Source of the DNA: a bacterium
Lineage (GTDB): Bacteria > Bacillota_I > Bacilli_A > RF39 > UBA660
NCBI GenBank assembly: GCA_019423565.1
Contig: JAHZBE010000001.1
Location: 65,134-129,133 of the forward strand
Direction of reading: 5' to 3'
DNA: 64,000 nucleotides
Part shown: in pieces, positions 20,304 to 30,389 of the stretch
Layout: each line of letters begins with the position of its first letter
Position numbering within the stretch: position 1 is the stretch's first letter
Translations under genes and position numbers: made by a program
The notes under the pieces: generated by a model
Told to the model about the DNA's origin: nothing
Seen by the model: only the letters and a program-made list of their open reading frames with translations
The model's database searches: none

Positions 20304-22043
20304 ATGAAGAAATACAATAATAATGATTTTAATATTAAAAATGTAGGCGAAAATGTTGAACTTTATGGATGGGCTTCTAAAGTTCGTAATCTTGGAGGAC
20401 TTATATTTATTGATTTAAGAGATAGAAGCGGTAAAGTACAACTTGTAATTAATCCTGATAATAATTGTTATGAAGAAGCATCAAAAGTAAGGAATGAATA
20501 TGTTTTAAAAGTAAATGGTGTTATAGAAGAAAGACAATCTAAAAATCCTAATATGGCTACAGGGGAAATAGAGGTAAATGTCAGTTCTCTTGAAATATTA
20601 AATGAAGCTGCTACACCTGTATTTGGACTTGATAAAGATGATGTTTTAGAAGATACTAGACTTAAATATAGATATTTAGATTTAAGACGTGATAATATTA
20701 AAAATAATCTTATTACAAGACATAAAATAACTATGGCTGCTAGAAAATTCTTATCAGATAATGGTTTTATAGAAGTTGAAACACCAATACTTTCTAAATC
20801 AACACCAGAAGGAGCTAGAGACTATTTAGTCCCAAGTAGAGTAAATAAGGGAAGTTTTTATGCACTTCCACAAAGTCCACAAATATATAAACAATTACTT
20901 ATGATTGGTGGAATTGAAAAATATTTTCAAATTGCAAGATGTTTCCGTGATGAAGATTTAAGAGCAGATCGTCAACCAGAATTTACTCAAATTGATATGG
21001 AAATGAGTTTTGTAAGCGAAGAAGATGTTATGGATAATACAGAAAAATTATTTCAAACAATATTTAAAGAAGTAAAAGGTTATGATATAAAACTTCCACT
21101 TATGAGAATGAAATATGATGATGCGATTAACTATTATGGATCAGATAAACCTGATTTAAGATTTGATATGAAAATAAATGATGTTACTGATGTATTTAGT
21201 AAATGTGATTTTGAATTATTTAAAAGAGAACTTGAAGATAATGGTATTATAAATGCAATTGTTGTAAAAAATGCAGCTGATAAATACTCTAGAAAAGATA
21301 TAGATAAATTAACTGATTTTGTTAAAACATATAAAGCAAATGGTTTATTCTTCTTAAAATATAATAATAGTGAATTTGCAGGTAGTATTGCAAAAATATT
21401 AACTGATGAAGTAAAAGAAGAATTAATAAAGAGTTTATGTCTAGAAGAAAACGATTTAATATTTGTAATTGCTGGTAAAAAACTAATTACTAAAACAAGT
21501 CTTGGAGCACTTAGATGTAAACTTGCTAGAGATTTAGATTTGATTAAAAAAGGTGATTATAAATTTCTTTGGGTAACTGATTTCCCATCATTTGAATGGA
21601 GTGAAGAAGAAAATAGATTTGTCGCATGTCATCATCCATTTACTGCACCTAAAGATGAAGATATAGATAAATTATTAACAGATAAAGAACATTGTTATTC
21701 TAAAGCATATGATATTGTTTGTAATGGTTATGAAGCAGGTGGTGGATCTATTCGTATCCATAATGCAGATGTACAAGAAAAGATGTTTGAAGCACTTGAA
21801 TTAACTAAAGAAGATATTGAAGAAAAATTTGGTTTCTTTGTAAATGCATTTAAATATGGAACTCCTCCTCATGGTGGACTTGCAATTGGTCTTGAAAGAC
21901 TTACAATGCTTTTATGTGAAACAGATAATATAAAAGATGTAATAGCATTTCCTAAGACATCATCAGCAAGTTGTCTTATGAGTGAAGCACCTAATAGTGT
22001 TTCAGAAAAACAATTAGAAGAATTAAATATAATTGTTAAGTAG
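20304..22043 (+). CDS. aspS: aspartate--tRNA ligase
   Basis: 'FIDLRDRSGKVQLV', 'QIARCFRDEDLRADRQPEFTQID' and 'GGGSIRIH' are AspRS motifs. Confidence 0.95.
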   Translation: MKKYNNNDFNIKNVGENVELYGWASKVRNLGGLIFIDLRDRSGKVQLVINPDNNCYEEASKVRNEYVLKVNGVIEERQSKNPNMATGEIEVNVSSLEILNEAATPVFGLDKDDVLEDTRLKYRYLDLRRDNIKNNLITRHKITMAARKFLSDNGFIEVETPILSKSTPEGARDYLVPSRVNKGSFYALPQSPQIYKQLLMIGGIEKYFQIARCFRDEDLRADRQPEFTQIDMEMSFVSEEDVMDNTEKLFQTIFKEVKGYDIKLPLMRMKYDDAINYYGSDKPDLRFDMKINDVTDVFSKCDFELFKRELEDNGIINAIVVKNAADKYSRKDIDKLTDFVKTYKANGLFFLKYNNSEFAGSIAKILTDEVKEELIKSLCLEENDLIFVIAGKKLITKTSLGALRCKLARDLDLIKKGDYKFLWVTDFPSFEWSEEENRFVACHHPFTAPKDEDIDKLLTDKEHCYSKAYDIVCNGYEAGGGSIRIHNADVQEKMFEALELTKEDIEEKFGFFVNAFKYGTPPHGGLAIGLERLTMLLCETDNIKDVIAFPKTSSASCLMSEAPNSVSEKQLEELNIIVK

Positions 22044-22134
22044 CAAATAATGCTACTTTTTCTTATAAGAATATAATTTAAAAATTCTTGACAAGTCTTG
22101 TTGTATATGTTAATATAACTTTCACGAAGGGGAG

Positions 22135-22494
22135 ATGAGAATAATGCAAGATGTTGTTAATGAGGAATTTTTTGAAGAACTTGCAAATGATTATGAATTT
22201 AATAGTAAAGCAGTAAAAAAGTGGTGGAATATATTAACATCAAGTTTTGATTTTATCCAAAGTGATGATATTGGGGCAATTTGTCTTACTAGAGTTGTTG
22301 ATTATAGAAATCAAAGTTATCAAGCCCATAAACGTGATCGACATTTTAAACGCAGTAATGTAACAAAAGATATCATCAGAGCGGTAAAAGAAACTTATCC
22401 AATATATTTTGACCAACCAATAGAGATCAAAATTGATGAAGAAAAAATTTTAGTTTATTCTAAAGAAGAATTAGATTCATATCAACAATTGTAG
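22135..22494 (+). CDS. hypothetical protein
   Basis: ORF preceded by TTGACA-17-TAATAT (22089-22117) and RBS GAAGGGGAG. Confidence 0.55.
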   Translation: MRIMQDVVNEEFFEELANDYEFNSKAVKKWWNILTSSFDFIQSDDIGAICLTRVVDYRNQSYQAHKRDRHFKRSNVTKDIIRAVKETYPIYFDQPIEIKIDEEKILVYSKEELDSYQQL

Positions 22495-22618
22495 AATTGT
22501 ATTTTTTTAAACTAAGTGTATAACGTTTATATTAACTTTAATCTTATATTATGTATAAAAAAGTAAAGTTTTGTCAAAAGACTTTATTTTCTTATTATGA
22601 ATATGATATAATTAAATT

Positions 22619-22793
22619 GCCTAGAAGAGATACAGGTGTAATAAAACCGACTAAATGACTTATAAGGGAATCAGAATTAGTAGGTGGTGTTGAATACTTA
22701 AATTTATTTAAGGATCCTAAAGCCTATTATGGGATGCCCACCTGCACATATGTGTAGGTTTATAGTCCCTGCCTCTTTCTTAGGCATTTTTTT
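22619..22793 (+). ncRNA. ssrS: 6S RNA candidate
   Basis: ~170-nt non-coding unit whose ends form a long bulged duplex: 5' GCCTAGAAGAG..CAGG..ATAAAACC against 3' GGTTTAT..CCTG..CTCTTTCTTAGGC. There is an inner helix TAGGTGG/CCACCTG around an unpaired centre, an extended -10 TGATATAAT at 22604-22612, and a terminal T run. It lies in the aspS-tcdA(yrvM) interval, where B. subtilis 6S-1 (bsrA) lies. Confidence 0.65.
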
Positions 22794-22806
22794 GTGAGGT
22801 AAAAAT

Positions 22807-23499
22807 ATGTTTGATAGATTAGAAAGATTAATTGGTAAAGAAAATTTAAATGAGTTACATACTAAGACAGTCGCTGTTATAGGAGTAGGTGGTGTTGGTG
22901 GATACGTTGTTGAAACGCTTATTAGAAATGGTATAGAAAACATTATAATAGTAGATGCTGATACCATAGATATAACAAATAAAAATAGGCAAATAATTGC
23001 ACTTGATTCAAATTTAAATATGAAGAAAGTAGATGCATTTGAAAAGAGAATAAAAGATATAAATTCTAAATGTAATGTAACTAAATATGATATATTTTTA
23101 AACGAAGAAACTAAAAAGATATTGTTTAACAATAAAATAGATTATTTAGTAGATTCATGTGATACAGTAACTACAAAGATAATGCTTATTAGAGAATGTT
23201 TAAATAGAAATATCAAATTTATATCAAGTATGGGAACTGGTAATAAATTTGATCCTACTAAATTAAAAATAATGGATCTTAAAAAAACAAGTTATGATCC
23301 ACTTGCTAAAGTAATAAGACATGAAATAAATAAATTAAATATAAATAATGATATAACTGTATTATCAAGTACAGAAATGCCTGTTAAAACAGGAATTAGA
23401 ACACCAGCATCTTATAGTGTAGTACCAAATACGGCAGGTATATTAATTGCTGATTATATTCTAAAAGATATATTAAATGATTCAGTTATAAATGTATAA
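22807..23499 (+). CDS. tcdA: tRNA threonylcarbamoyladenosine dehydratase (ThiF/HesA family, YrvM-like)
   Basis: 'VAVIGVGGVGGYVVETLIRNGIENIIIVDADTIDITNKNRQ' is the E1-like Rossmann motif. ~230 aa. Confidence 0.85.
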   Translation: MFDRLERLIGKENLNELHTKTVAVIGVGGVGGYVVETLIRNGIENIIIVDADTIDITNKNRQIIALDSNLNMKKVDAFEKRIKDINSKCNVTKYDIFLNEETKKILFNNKIDYLVDSCDTVTTKIMLIRECLNRNIKFISSMGTGNKFDPTKLKIMDLKKTSYDPLAKVIRHEINKLNINNDITVLSSTEMPVKTGIRTPASYSVVPNTAGILIADYILKDILNDSVINV

Positions 23500-23501
23500 T
23501 A

Positions 23502-23537
23502 AAAGGAACAATTATTTACTTTGTTCCTTTATTTTTT
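23502..23537. terminator. bidirectional hairpin between the convergent tcdA and rarA genes
   Basis: AAAGGAACAA (23502-23511) pairs with TTGTTCCTTT (23521-23530), with A/T runs on both sides. Confidence 0.6.
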
Positions 23538-24735
23538 TTATTCTTTGATCTATAAGTGCTAAATTTTGTTCATATTTACTAGTTAATTTAGGCTTATAAT
23601 ATACTTTATTTATTAAATTGTCTGGCATATATTGTTGAACTACATAACTACCTTTATAATCATGAGGATATTTATAAATAGTAGAATCTATTCTAATTGT
23701 TTCTGGAATAGGGTAGTTATTACCACTTTCAATATCTTTAATTGCATCATGTAGTGCGCTATATGCACTATTTGATTTAGGAGATAATGCCATTTCTGTA
23801 ATTGTAACAGATAAAGGAATCATTGCTTCTGGCATTCCAACTCTTTCACAAGCATTAATGCAAGCATCAACTTTAGGACCCATTGATGGATTAGCAAGTC
23901 CAATATCTTCATAAGCAATAACTGTCATTCTTCTATAAATACTATCTAAATCTTCAATTACAAGAAGTCTTGCAAGATAATGTAATGCTGCATTTACATC
24001 TGAACCTCTAATTGATTTTTGAAATGCACTAAGTAAATCATAATGACCTGTTTCATCTTTATCAGCAAATAATGCAGGTTTATTATTTATTTTAGTTACA
24101 ACATCCATAGTTATATTTTTATCACTAGTAGAGTAATAGCATATTTCAAGTAAATTATAGGCACTTCTAAGATCTCCTGACGATAGTTTTGCAATGTATT
24201 CTATTACATCTTTTTTTATTTTTATGCCTTTTAAATCTTCACATTTAATAGCTTTATTAAGTCCTTCTATAACTTCATCTAAAGTAAGAGGCTTAAGTTC
24301 AAATATTTGACATCTACTTCTAATTGCCGGATTAATTTTGTGATATGGATTAGATGTAGTAAGACCAATTAAAGTAATAAGTCCAGATTCTAGATGTGGA
24401 AGTAGTATATCTTGTTTATCTTTATTAAGTCTATGTATTTCATCCATTATAAGTACAATACCATCATACATTTTTGCTTCTTCTATTACAACTTCTATAT
24501 CTTTTTTATTATTAACAGTTGCGTTAAGTACTCTATATTTTTCATTTATAGATCCTGCGATAGCGCATGCGATAGATGTTTTACCAATTCCAGGATTACC
24601 ATATAGAATCATGGAAAATATTCTTTTATTATTTATAAAGTTTCTAATAGGAGCATTTTCTCCAACTAAGTGTTTTTGACCGATAACGTCGTCAATTGTT
24701 TTTGGTCTTAATTTAAGTGCGAGTGGTGTATTCAT
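23512..24735 (-). CDS. rarA: replication-associated recombination protein A (AAA+ ATPase)
   Basis: 'LRPKTIDDVIGQKHL', Walker A 'GNPGIGKTS', 'MDEIHRLNK', and a MgsA C-terminal domain. Start moved to MNTPLA. Confidence 0.9.
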   Translation of the reverse strand: MNTPLALKLRPKTIDDVIGQKHLVGENAPIRNFINNKRIFSMILYGNPGIGKTSIACAIAGSINEKYRVLNATVNNKKDIEVVIEEAKMYDGIVLIMDEIHRLNKDKQDILLPHLESGLITLIGLTTSNPYHKINPAIRSRCQIFELKPLTLDEVIEGLNKAIKCEDLKGIKIKKDVIEYIAKLSSGDLRSAYNLLEICYYSTSDKNITMDVVTKINNKPALFADKDETGHYDLLSAFQKSIRGSDVNAALHYLARLLVIEDLDSIYRRMTVIAYEDIGLANPSMGPKVDACINACERVGMPEAMIPLSVTITEMALSPKSNSAYSALHDAIKDIESGNNYPIPETIRIDSTIYKYPHDYKGSYVVQQYMPDNLINKVYYKPKLTSKYEQNLALIDQRIKKIKEQSK

Positions 24736-24796
24736 ACTTATCAGTCCTTTCATATATAATTATACAATAATTTATCAATTATTCATATAATTTATT

Positions 24797-25177
24797 ATGG
24801 ATAAAGATAAATTAGATAAGTTAAAAGATATTAAAATAGAAAATTTTGTTTGGGTAATTTATATAATAATTATTATTCTTAGTTATTACGCAAATAGTCT
24901 TGAAAAGAAGTTTTTTTTATATGATGATGAAAAAAGTAAAAAGGAGTATCAAGAATTAATGATTTTTATATTCTTAATATTACTTATTGTGTATTATTAT
25001 TTTGCCCAAGATGGATATAATAAAATTATGGAATTAAATGAAAATGATTCAAATAAAAAGAAAGTATTATCATATGCAGCATTTACAGGTTCATTTTTAA
25101 TTTTAATTAGTGGAATTATATTTTTATATATTTTGATTGTTGATGATGAAATAGAAACAGAAATAGCATTTAATTAA
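24797..25177 (+). CDS. hypothetical membrane protein
   Basis: ORF with three hydrophobic helices. Confidence 0.5.
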   Translation: MDKDKLDKLKDIKIENFVWVIYIIIIILSYYANSLEKKFFLYDDEKSKKEYQELMIFIFLILLIVYYYFAQDGYNKIMELNENDSNKKKVLSYAAFTGSFLILISGIIFLYILIVDDEIETEIAFN

Positions 25178-25477
25178 AAACTAACAGAATGTTAAGAATA
25201 TATTGGCTAATGTATCATAAATGATATATTTTGCTTAGAGGTGATTATATATCAGTTGTATTAACAAAAGGAATAGTGTAAAACTTAAAAGTATTTGATA
25301 AGCAAGAGAAAAAAATTAACGATAAAGATTTTGATTTAATTGAAAGTATTTTAAGAAAATATATTAATTTAGATAATTATTGTATAAAAAAAGAAGATGA
25401 TTTTATCGAGTTTTATTTAGAAGAAGAGTTTATAAATGAAAACTTGAATGAATATTTAATTGAAGGAAAATAAATCG

Positions 25478-25630
25478 TTGAATAATAAAAAATATGAAAA
25501 AATAATGTATAATGGATCACATTATTTAATCGCAGACGAAATAGATGGTTATATTTATACAGCAAATGTAAATGATGAAGATGATGGAATTATATTTAAA
25601 GGACAAAAAGAAAAATTAAAATCTATATAA
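25478..25630 (+). CDS. small DUF1292-like protein or relic (TTG start, 50 aa)
   Basis: Not in the ORF track. LNNKKYEKIMYNGSHYLIADEIDGYIYTANVNDEDDGIIFKG is roughly 45% identical by eye to the N-terminal half of the 26232-26468 product. AAGGA lies upstream and a strong terminator downstream. Confidence 0.4.
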   Translation: MNNKKYEKIMYNGSHYLIADEIDGYIYTANVNDEDDGIIFKGQKEKLKSI

Positions 25631-25645
25631 GATTTTTTGAAGTAT

Positions 25646-25679
25646 ACCAATAGAAGATATGTTCTATTGGTTTTATTTT
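25646..25679 (+). terminator. Rho-independent terminator
   Basis: 10-bp stem ACCAATAGAA/TTCTATTGGT followed by a T run. Confidence 0.75.
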
Positions 25680-25765
25680 AAAATTTTGTAAAATAGGTGT
25701 AAATGATATAATTAAATATTTAATTTTTGTAATAACATGTTATATTTATATTGGAGGGTACAAAA

Positions 25766-26242
25766 ATGAAAAATAGATATGAAAAAATGAAAGAAGAAGC
25801 AAAGAAAAGAAACGAAAAAAGAAGAAAAATAGTTAAGGTAGAAAGAAGTGTCATTACATTTGCACTTGCAACCTTTGTTGCTATATCTGCAAAACAATTT
25901 TATAACGAAAAAAAAGGTGAATATATAATAAGAGATGGATTTAGGAAAGATGTTTTATCTGGTGTTAGTAATACTGATTCACAAAATGAAGGATTGAGTT
26001 TTTATATTGGTACAACACGTTATTCTTATGAAGATGCTATAGATTATTTTAAAAATGAGGCAGAAGAACATGGATATAATGATGTACAAACTTATATAGC
26101 ATTAAAAGGTGAAATAAATTCCAATGTGGCTAAAGATGTTGTTGGAAGAAGTATAGATAGTAGTGATATAATCAAAGAAGCATACAAGACATATAATACG
26201 GGTTCTATAGAAAAAGAAGAGGGTGTCGGTTATGGAAAATAA
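25766..26242 (+). CDS. hypothetical protein with an N-terminal membrane anchor
   Basis: ATG at 25766 follows GGAGGG; one TM helix (VITFALATFVAISA). Confidence 0.55.
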   Translation: MKNRYEKMKEEAKKRNEKRRKIVKVERSVITFALATFVAISAKQFYNEKKGEYIIRDGFRKDVLSGVSNTDSQNEGLSFYIGTTRYSYEDAIDYFKNEAEEHGYNDVQTYIALKGEINSNVAKDVVGRSIDSSDIIKEAYKTYNTGSIEKEEGVGYGK

Positions 26243-26468
26243 GAAATTAGAAGCAGTTACATTTAACGATATTGATTATGCGATATTAGATGAAATAGAT
26301 AATTTTATTTATACAGTAAATGTAAATAATGCAAACGATATTAAGATTTTTAAAACTAAAATAGAAGAAGATAATGAAATATTAGAAGAATTATCAGAAG
26401 AAGAACAAAGTGTTGCATTAGTTAAATTTTATGAAAAACATAAAGATTTAGTAAGTAAAAATGAATAA
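26232..26468 (+). CDS. DUF1292-like small acidic protein
   Basis: The pattern 'DIDYAILDEIDNFIYTVNV...IFKTKIEEDNEILEELSEEE' matches DUF1292/UPF0473 as I recall it. Confidence 0.5.
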   Translation: MENKKLEAVTFNDIDYAILDEIDNFIYTVNVNNANDIKIFKTKIEEDNEILEELSEEEQSVALVKFYEKHKDLVSKNE

Positions 26469-26480
26469 TTTAAATGTCAT

Positions 26481-26509
26481 AAAGTTAGATTTAATTTCTA
26501 ACTTTTTTT
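26481..26509 (+). terminator. Rho-independent terminator
   Basis: AAAGTTAGA/TCTAACTTT stem followed by a T run. Confidence 0.75.
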
Positions 26510-26531
26510 AATTTTTACATAATATTTAAAA

Positions 26532-26618
26532 AATATGAAAAATATGAAAAATATTTCATATGAATATTGCTTCATATGAAAAAGTATGATATCATGTATA
26601 TGAAATTTATTTCATATA
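26532..26618 (+). promoter_or_regulatory. promoter overlaid by an array of ATGAA/TTCAT palindromic operator-like boxes
   Basis: TTGCTT (26567-72), 17 nt, TGATATCAT (26587-95). TTCATATGAA occurs at 26555-64 and 26571-80. TATATGAAATTTATTTCATATA is at 26597-26618. AATATGAAAA direct repeats are at 26532-50. Confidence 0.55.
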
Positions 26619-26628
26619 AGGAGGAGCT

Positions 26629-27339
26629 ATGAATAATTTTATAGAATTTAAAAATGTAACAAAAGGTTACAAAATAGGTGATAAAACTTATAATGCACTT
26701 GATAATGTAAGTTTTTCATTACCAAAGGGGGAATTTGTTTGTATACTTGGTCCATCAGGAGCAGGTAAATCAACACTTTTAAACTTACTTGGTGGAATGG
26801 ATACTGCAACAAGTGGTGATATAATAATAGATAAAGAAAATATATCTAAAAAAAGTGATAAAGAACTAACTAGTTATAGAGCAGAAAATGTAGGATTTAT
26901 ATTCCAATTTTATAATATACTTCCAACATTAACAGTTTTAGAAAATGTTGAAATAGTAAAGGATATTGTAAAAAAGTCTAAATCAGCTAAAAAGATACTT
27001 AAAGAGGTAGGACTTGAAAACCATTTAAATAAGTTCCCTAATCAATTATCAGGAGGTGAACAACAAAGGGTATCAATCGCAAGAGCAATTGCTAAAAATC
27101 CTAAATTACTTTTATGTGATGAACCTACTGGTGCACTTGATTCAAAAACAGGTGTAGAAGTATTAAAATTACTTAAAAAACAATGTGATGCAAATAACGG
27201 AGAAAATACAGTTATTATAGTTACACATAATGCTTTAATCGCAGAAGTTGCTGATAGAGTAATTAGACTTAAAAATGGTCAAATAGAAAGTAATACAGTA
27301 AATAAACATCCTAAAAACATTGATGAGGTAGAGTGGTAA
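26629..27339 (+). CDS. ABC transporter ATP-binding protein (MacB/LolD-type)
   Basis: Walker A 'GPSGAGKST', signature 'LSGGEQQR', Walker B '[12 protein letters not shown]'. Confidence 0.9.
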   Translation: MNNFIEFKNVTKGYKIGDKTYNALDNVSFSLPKGEFVCILGPSGAGKSTLLNLLGGMDTATSGDIIIDKENISKKSDKELTSYRAENVGFIFQFYNILPTLTVLENVEIVKDIVKKSKSAKKILKEVGLENHLNKFPNQLSGGEQQRVSIARAIAKNPKLLLCDEPTGALDSKTGVEVLKLLKKQCDANNGENTVIIVTHNALIAEVADRVIRLKNGQIESNTVNKHPKNIDEVEW

Positions 27340-27340
27340 T

Positions 27341-29713
27341 ATGCTTAAGAAAAAAATGTTTCGTGATATAAAACAAAATTTATCACAATTTATAACAATA
27401 TTCTTAATGGTATTAATTGGTGTAATGGTTTATGTTGGTATTGAAGCATATATGGATGGTATGACTAGTGCCGCAGATAATTTTTACAAAAATAATAATA
27501 TACAAGATTTAAATGTAATGGGTAATCTGAGTGATAAAGATTTAGATAAAATTAAATCATTAGATAACGTTAAAGATGCAGAAAAAAAACTTGTTGTTAA
27601 TGCAATTGACAAGAATGATAAAGATAAAACATATTTGCTTAGTTTTATTGATTCAAATAATATTTCAAAATTTCATATAATGGATGGAGAAAAATTTGAT
27701 GTTAATAAAAAAGGTGCATGGGTTGATAACTTTTATGCAGAAAAAAATAATTTAAAAGTTGGAGACGCAATAAAAATTAAATATGATACATTCTCTTTAG
27801 AAGAAAAAATATTAGGACTTATTAATGTACCTGATCATATTTATGATGTTAAAGATGAGTCAGAATTTGTTCCAAATAGAGAAAATTTTGGATTTGTATA
27901 TTTATCAGTTAATGAAATTCCTGAAAGTTATATAAAAGACTTAGTAATGAAAGAAATGAAAATAACTGATGAAAAAATATTTGATAAATATGTAACAAAC
28001 TTTAATTATAAAGAATATATACCATATAACTATATTATGGTTGATGTAAATAAAAAGAAAAATGTAACAAGCGTAAAAGAAGATATAGAGGATAAAGTAT
28101 CTAATGCAAAAGCAATAGTAAAAATTGAAGATACATTATCTTATCAAAGATACCAAGGAGAAATAGATGAAGGAGCATCTTATGTAGGTATTTTCTCAGG
28201 GTTATTCTTATTCATCGCAATGCTTTCAGTTATTACAACTATGACAAGAGTTGTTAAAAAACAAAAACTTCAAATAGGTACAATGAAAGCACTTGGTATA
28301 AAAAATTCTAAAATAGTAATGCATTATGTTGGTTATGGTTTCTTTGTATCACTTGCTGCAGCAATAGTTGGTATTATTTTAGGTAAATACTTTATTGGAA
28401 CATTCTTCCTAAATATGGAAATGGATTATTTTGAAGTTCCAAATGGTATACCAGTTGTAAAACCACTTAGTTATTTAGTAGCATTATTAGTTGTAATGGT
28501 AGTTTCATTTATAACATACTTAACTTGTCGTAAGGAACTATTTAAAAAACCTGCTGAAGCACTTAGAAATGAAGTACCTAATGTAAAGGTAAATTCACTT
28601 AATTTAAGTACAAAAGGTATATTTAAAAAATTAAATTTCTCTAGTAAATGGAACTATAGAGATATACTTAGAAATAAATTTAGAACTGTAACAGCAGTTG
28701 TAGGTATTGTTGGCTGCTGCATGCTTATTGTATGTGCATTTGGTATGTTAAATAGTATGAATCATTTTATTAAATTGCAATTTGAAGATTTATATAACTT
28801 TAATTATAAATTATCATTAAAGGAAAATATAAAAGATGATGAATTAAAAGTATTAACTGATAAATATGGTAATAATACTAGTGAAACACTTACTATTGAA
28901 ACAAAAATAAGTAAAGAAAGAGAAGCAAATACAATATTTGTAACTAATGCTGGAAACTTAGTAAGATTCCAAAATGAAAATGGTGAATTTATTAAAGTTA
29001 ATAAAAATAATGGTGTTTATGTTACAAGAAAATTAGCAGGTCAAAAGAATTTAAAAGTTGGTGACACAATTAAATGGCATATATATGGCGTTAACAAGTA
29101 TTATGAATCAAAAATAGTAGGATTAACAAAAGATCCACAAGTACAAAATTTAACAATGACTAAAGAATATTTAGAAAGTTTAGATATTGATTATAAACCT
29201 GATTCACTTTATACAAATACTGACTTAAAAGACATTAAAGATATTAAAAATGTAAGTTTAGTACAAGATATAAATGAACTTAAAAATAGCTTAGAATCAA
29301 TGCTTTCAATGATGAAGAGTATGATTATGCTTATTATAGTATTTGCTATAGGACTAGGTGCAATAATTATTTATAATATGGGAATTCTTTCATATAGTGA
29401 AAAACAATATCAATTTGCAACTTTAAAAGTATTAGGATTTAGTGATAAGAAAATCAGAAAAATATTTGTACAGCAAAATAACTGGATTACAGTATTATCA
29501 ATAATAATTGGACTTCCAACTGGTTATTATATGACATCATGGATATTTAAAAGCGTTATAGCAGATAACTACGATTTTAGCGCATACATTAATTTAAGTA
29601 CTTATTTAATCGCAATTATAGGTACAATTTTGGTTTCAATTATAGTATCGAGAATGCTTTCTAAGAAAGTAAATAAAATAGATATGGTCTCTAGTTTAAA
29701 AGCAAATGAATAA
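27341..29713 (+). CDS. ABC transporter permease with duplicated FtsX/MacB-type domains
   Basis: 790 aa. Two 4-TM FtsX-like blocks are each preceded by a large extracytoplasmic domain. Adjacent to the ATPase gene. Confidence 0.8.
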   Translation: MLKKKMFRDIKQNLSQFITIFLMVLIGVMVYVGIEAYMDGMTSAADNFYKNNNIQDLNVMGNLSDKDLDKIKSLDNVKDAEKKLVVNAIDKNDKDKTYLLSFIDSNNISKFHIMDGEKFDVNKKGAWVDNFYAEKNNLKVGDAIKIKYDTFSLEEKILGLINVPDHIYDVKDESEFVPNRENFGFVYLSVNEIPESYIKDLVMKEMKITDEKIFDKYVTNFNYKEYIPYNYIMVDVNKKKNVTSVKEDIEDKVSNAKAIVKIEDTLSYQRYQGEIDEGASYVGIFSGLFLFIAMLSVITTMTRVVKKQKLQIGTMKALGIKNSKIVMHYVGYGFFVSLAAAIVGIILGKYFIGTFFLNMEMDYFEVPNGIPVVKPLSYLVALLVVMVVSFITYLTCRKELFKKPAEALRNEVPNVKVNSLNLSTKGIFKKLNFSSKWNYRDILRNKFRTVTAVVGIVGCCMLIVCAFGMLNSMNHFIKLQFEDLYNFNYKLSLKENIKDDELKVLTDKYGNNTSETLTIETKISKEREANTIFVTNAGNLVRFQNENGEFIKVNKNNGVYVTRKLAGQKNLKVGDTIKWHIYGVNKYYESKIVGLTKDPQVQNLTMTKEYLESLDIDYKPDSLYTNTDLKDIKDIKNVSLVQDINELKNSLESMLSMMKSMIMLIIVFAIGLGAIIIYNMGILSYSEKQYQFATLKVLGFSDKKIRKIFVQQNNWITVLSIIIGLPTGYYMTSWIFKSVIADNYDFSAYINLSTYLIAIIGTILVSIIVSRMLSKKVNKIDMVSSLKANE

Positions 29714-29746
29714 AAATTGTGATATAATTATAAATAGGTGATATTA

Positions 29747-30349
29747 ATGGGTGAAATTAGAAATCCAATTAAAAAAAGTTCAATAGAAAAGAAAAATAAA
29801 ATACTAGAAAAAGGATTTACTCTTATGTGTGAAAAAGGTTACCATAATGTAAATAGTGTTGATATAGCAAAGTATGCAGGAGTATCAACAGGCATTATAT
29901 ATCAATATTTTACTGACAAAAGAGATATATTTATTGAAGGAGTTAAAAACTATTCAAGTAATATAATGTTTCCTATGATTGATATTTTAGATAATACTAA
30001 AATAGATAAAAATAATCTTGAAAAAATATTAAATAGCATGATTGATAGTTTTATAGATACACATAAAATGAGTAAAAAGGCTCATGAAGAATTAATCGCA
30101 ATGAGTCATATAGATGAAGAAATAAATCAAATTTTTAAAGATAATGAACTTAAAATGAATGAAAAAATTGTAAATACACTTAAATATAATAATTTTAATG
30201 TTAAGAATTTAAATGAAAAGGTGCATATTATAATAGGTCTTATAGATAACTTTTGCCATGAAATTGTTTACCATGCACATAAGAGTTTAAATTATGATGT
30301 AATGAAAAAAGAAGTTATTAATATAGTGTTATATTTGTTAAAAGATTAG
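29747..30349 (+). CDS. TetR/AcrR-family transcriptional regulator
   Basis: 'KGYHNVNSVDIAKYAGVSTGIIYQYFTDKRDIF' is a TetR HTH. ATG at 29747 follows AGGTGA. Its own TGTGATATAAT lies at 29718-28. Confidence 0.85.
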   Translation: MGEIRNPIKKSSIEKKNKILEKGFTLMCEKGYHNVNSVDIAKYAGVSTGIIYQYFTDKRDIFIEGVKNYSSNIMFPMIDILDNTKIDKNNLEKILNSMIDSFIDTHKMSKKAHEELIAMSHIDEEINQIFKDNELKMNEKIVNTLKYNNFNVKNLNEKVHIIIGLIDNFCHEIVYHAHKSLNYDVMKKEVINIVLYLLKD

Positions 30350-30389
30350 AATTAGTTTACTAATCTTTTTTATTTGTTGTATAATTATT

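Noticed and set aside
22704-23132. 142-aa minus-strand ORF spanning the aspS-tcdA gap and the tcdA 5' end.
   Set aside because: It overlaps the well-supported tcdA CDS and the 6S-like structured RNA, and its product is low-complexity.
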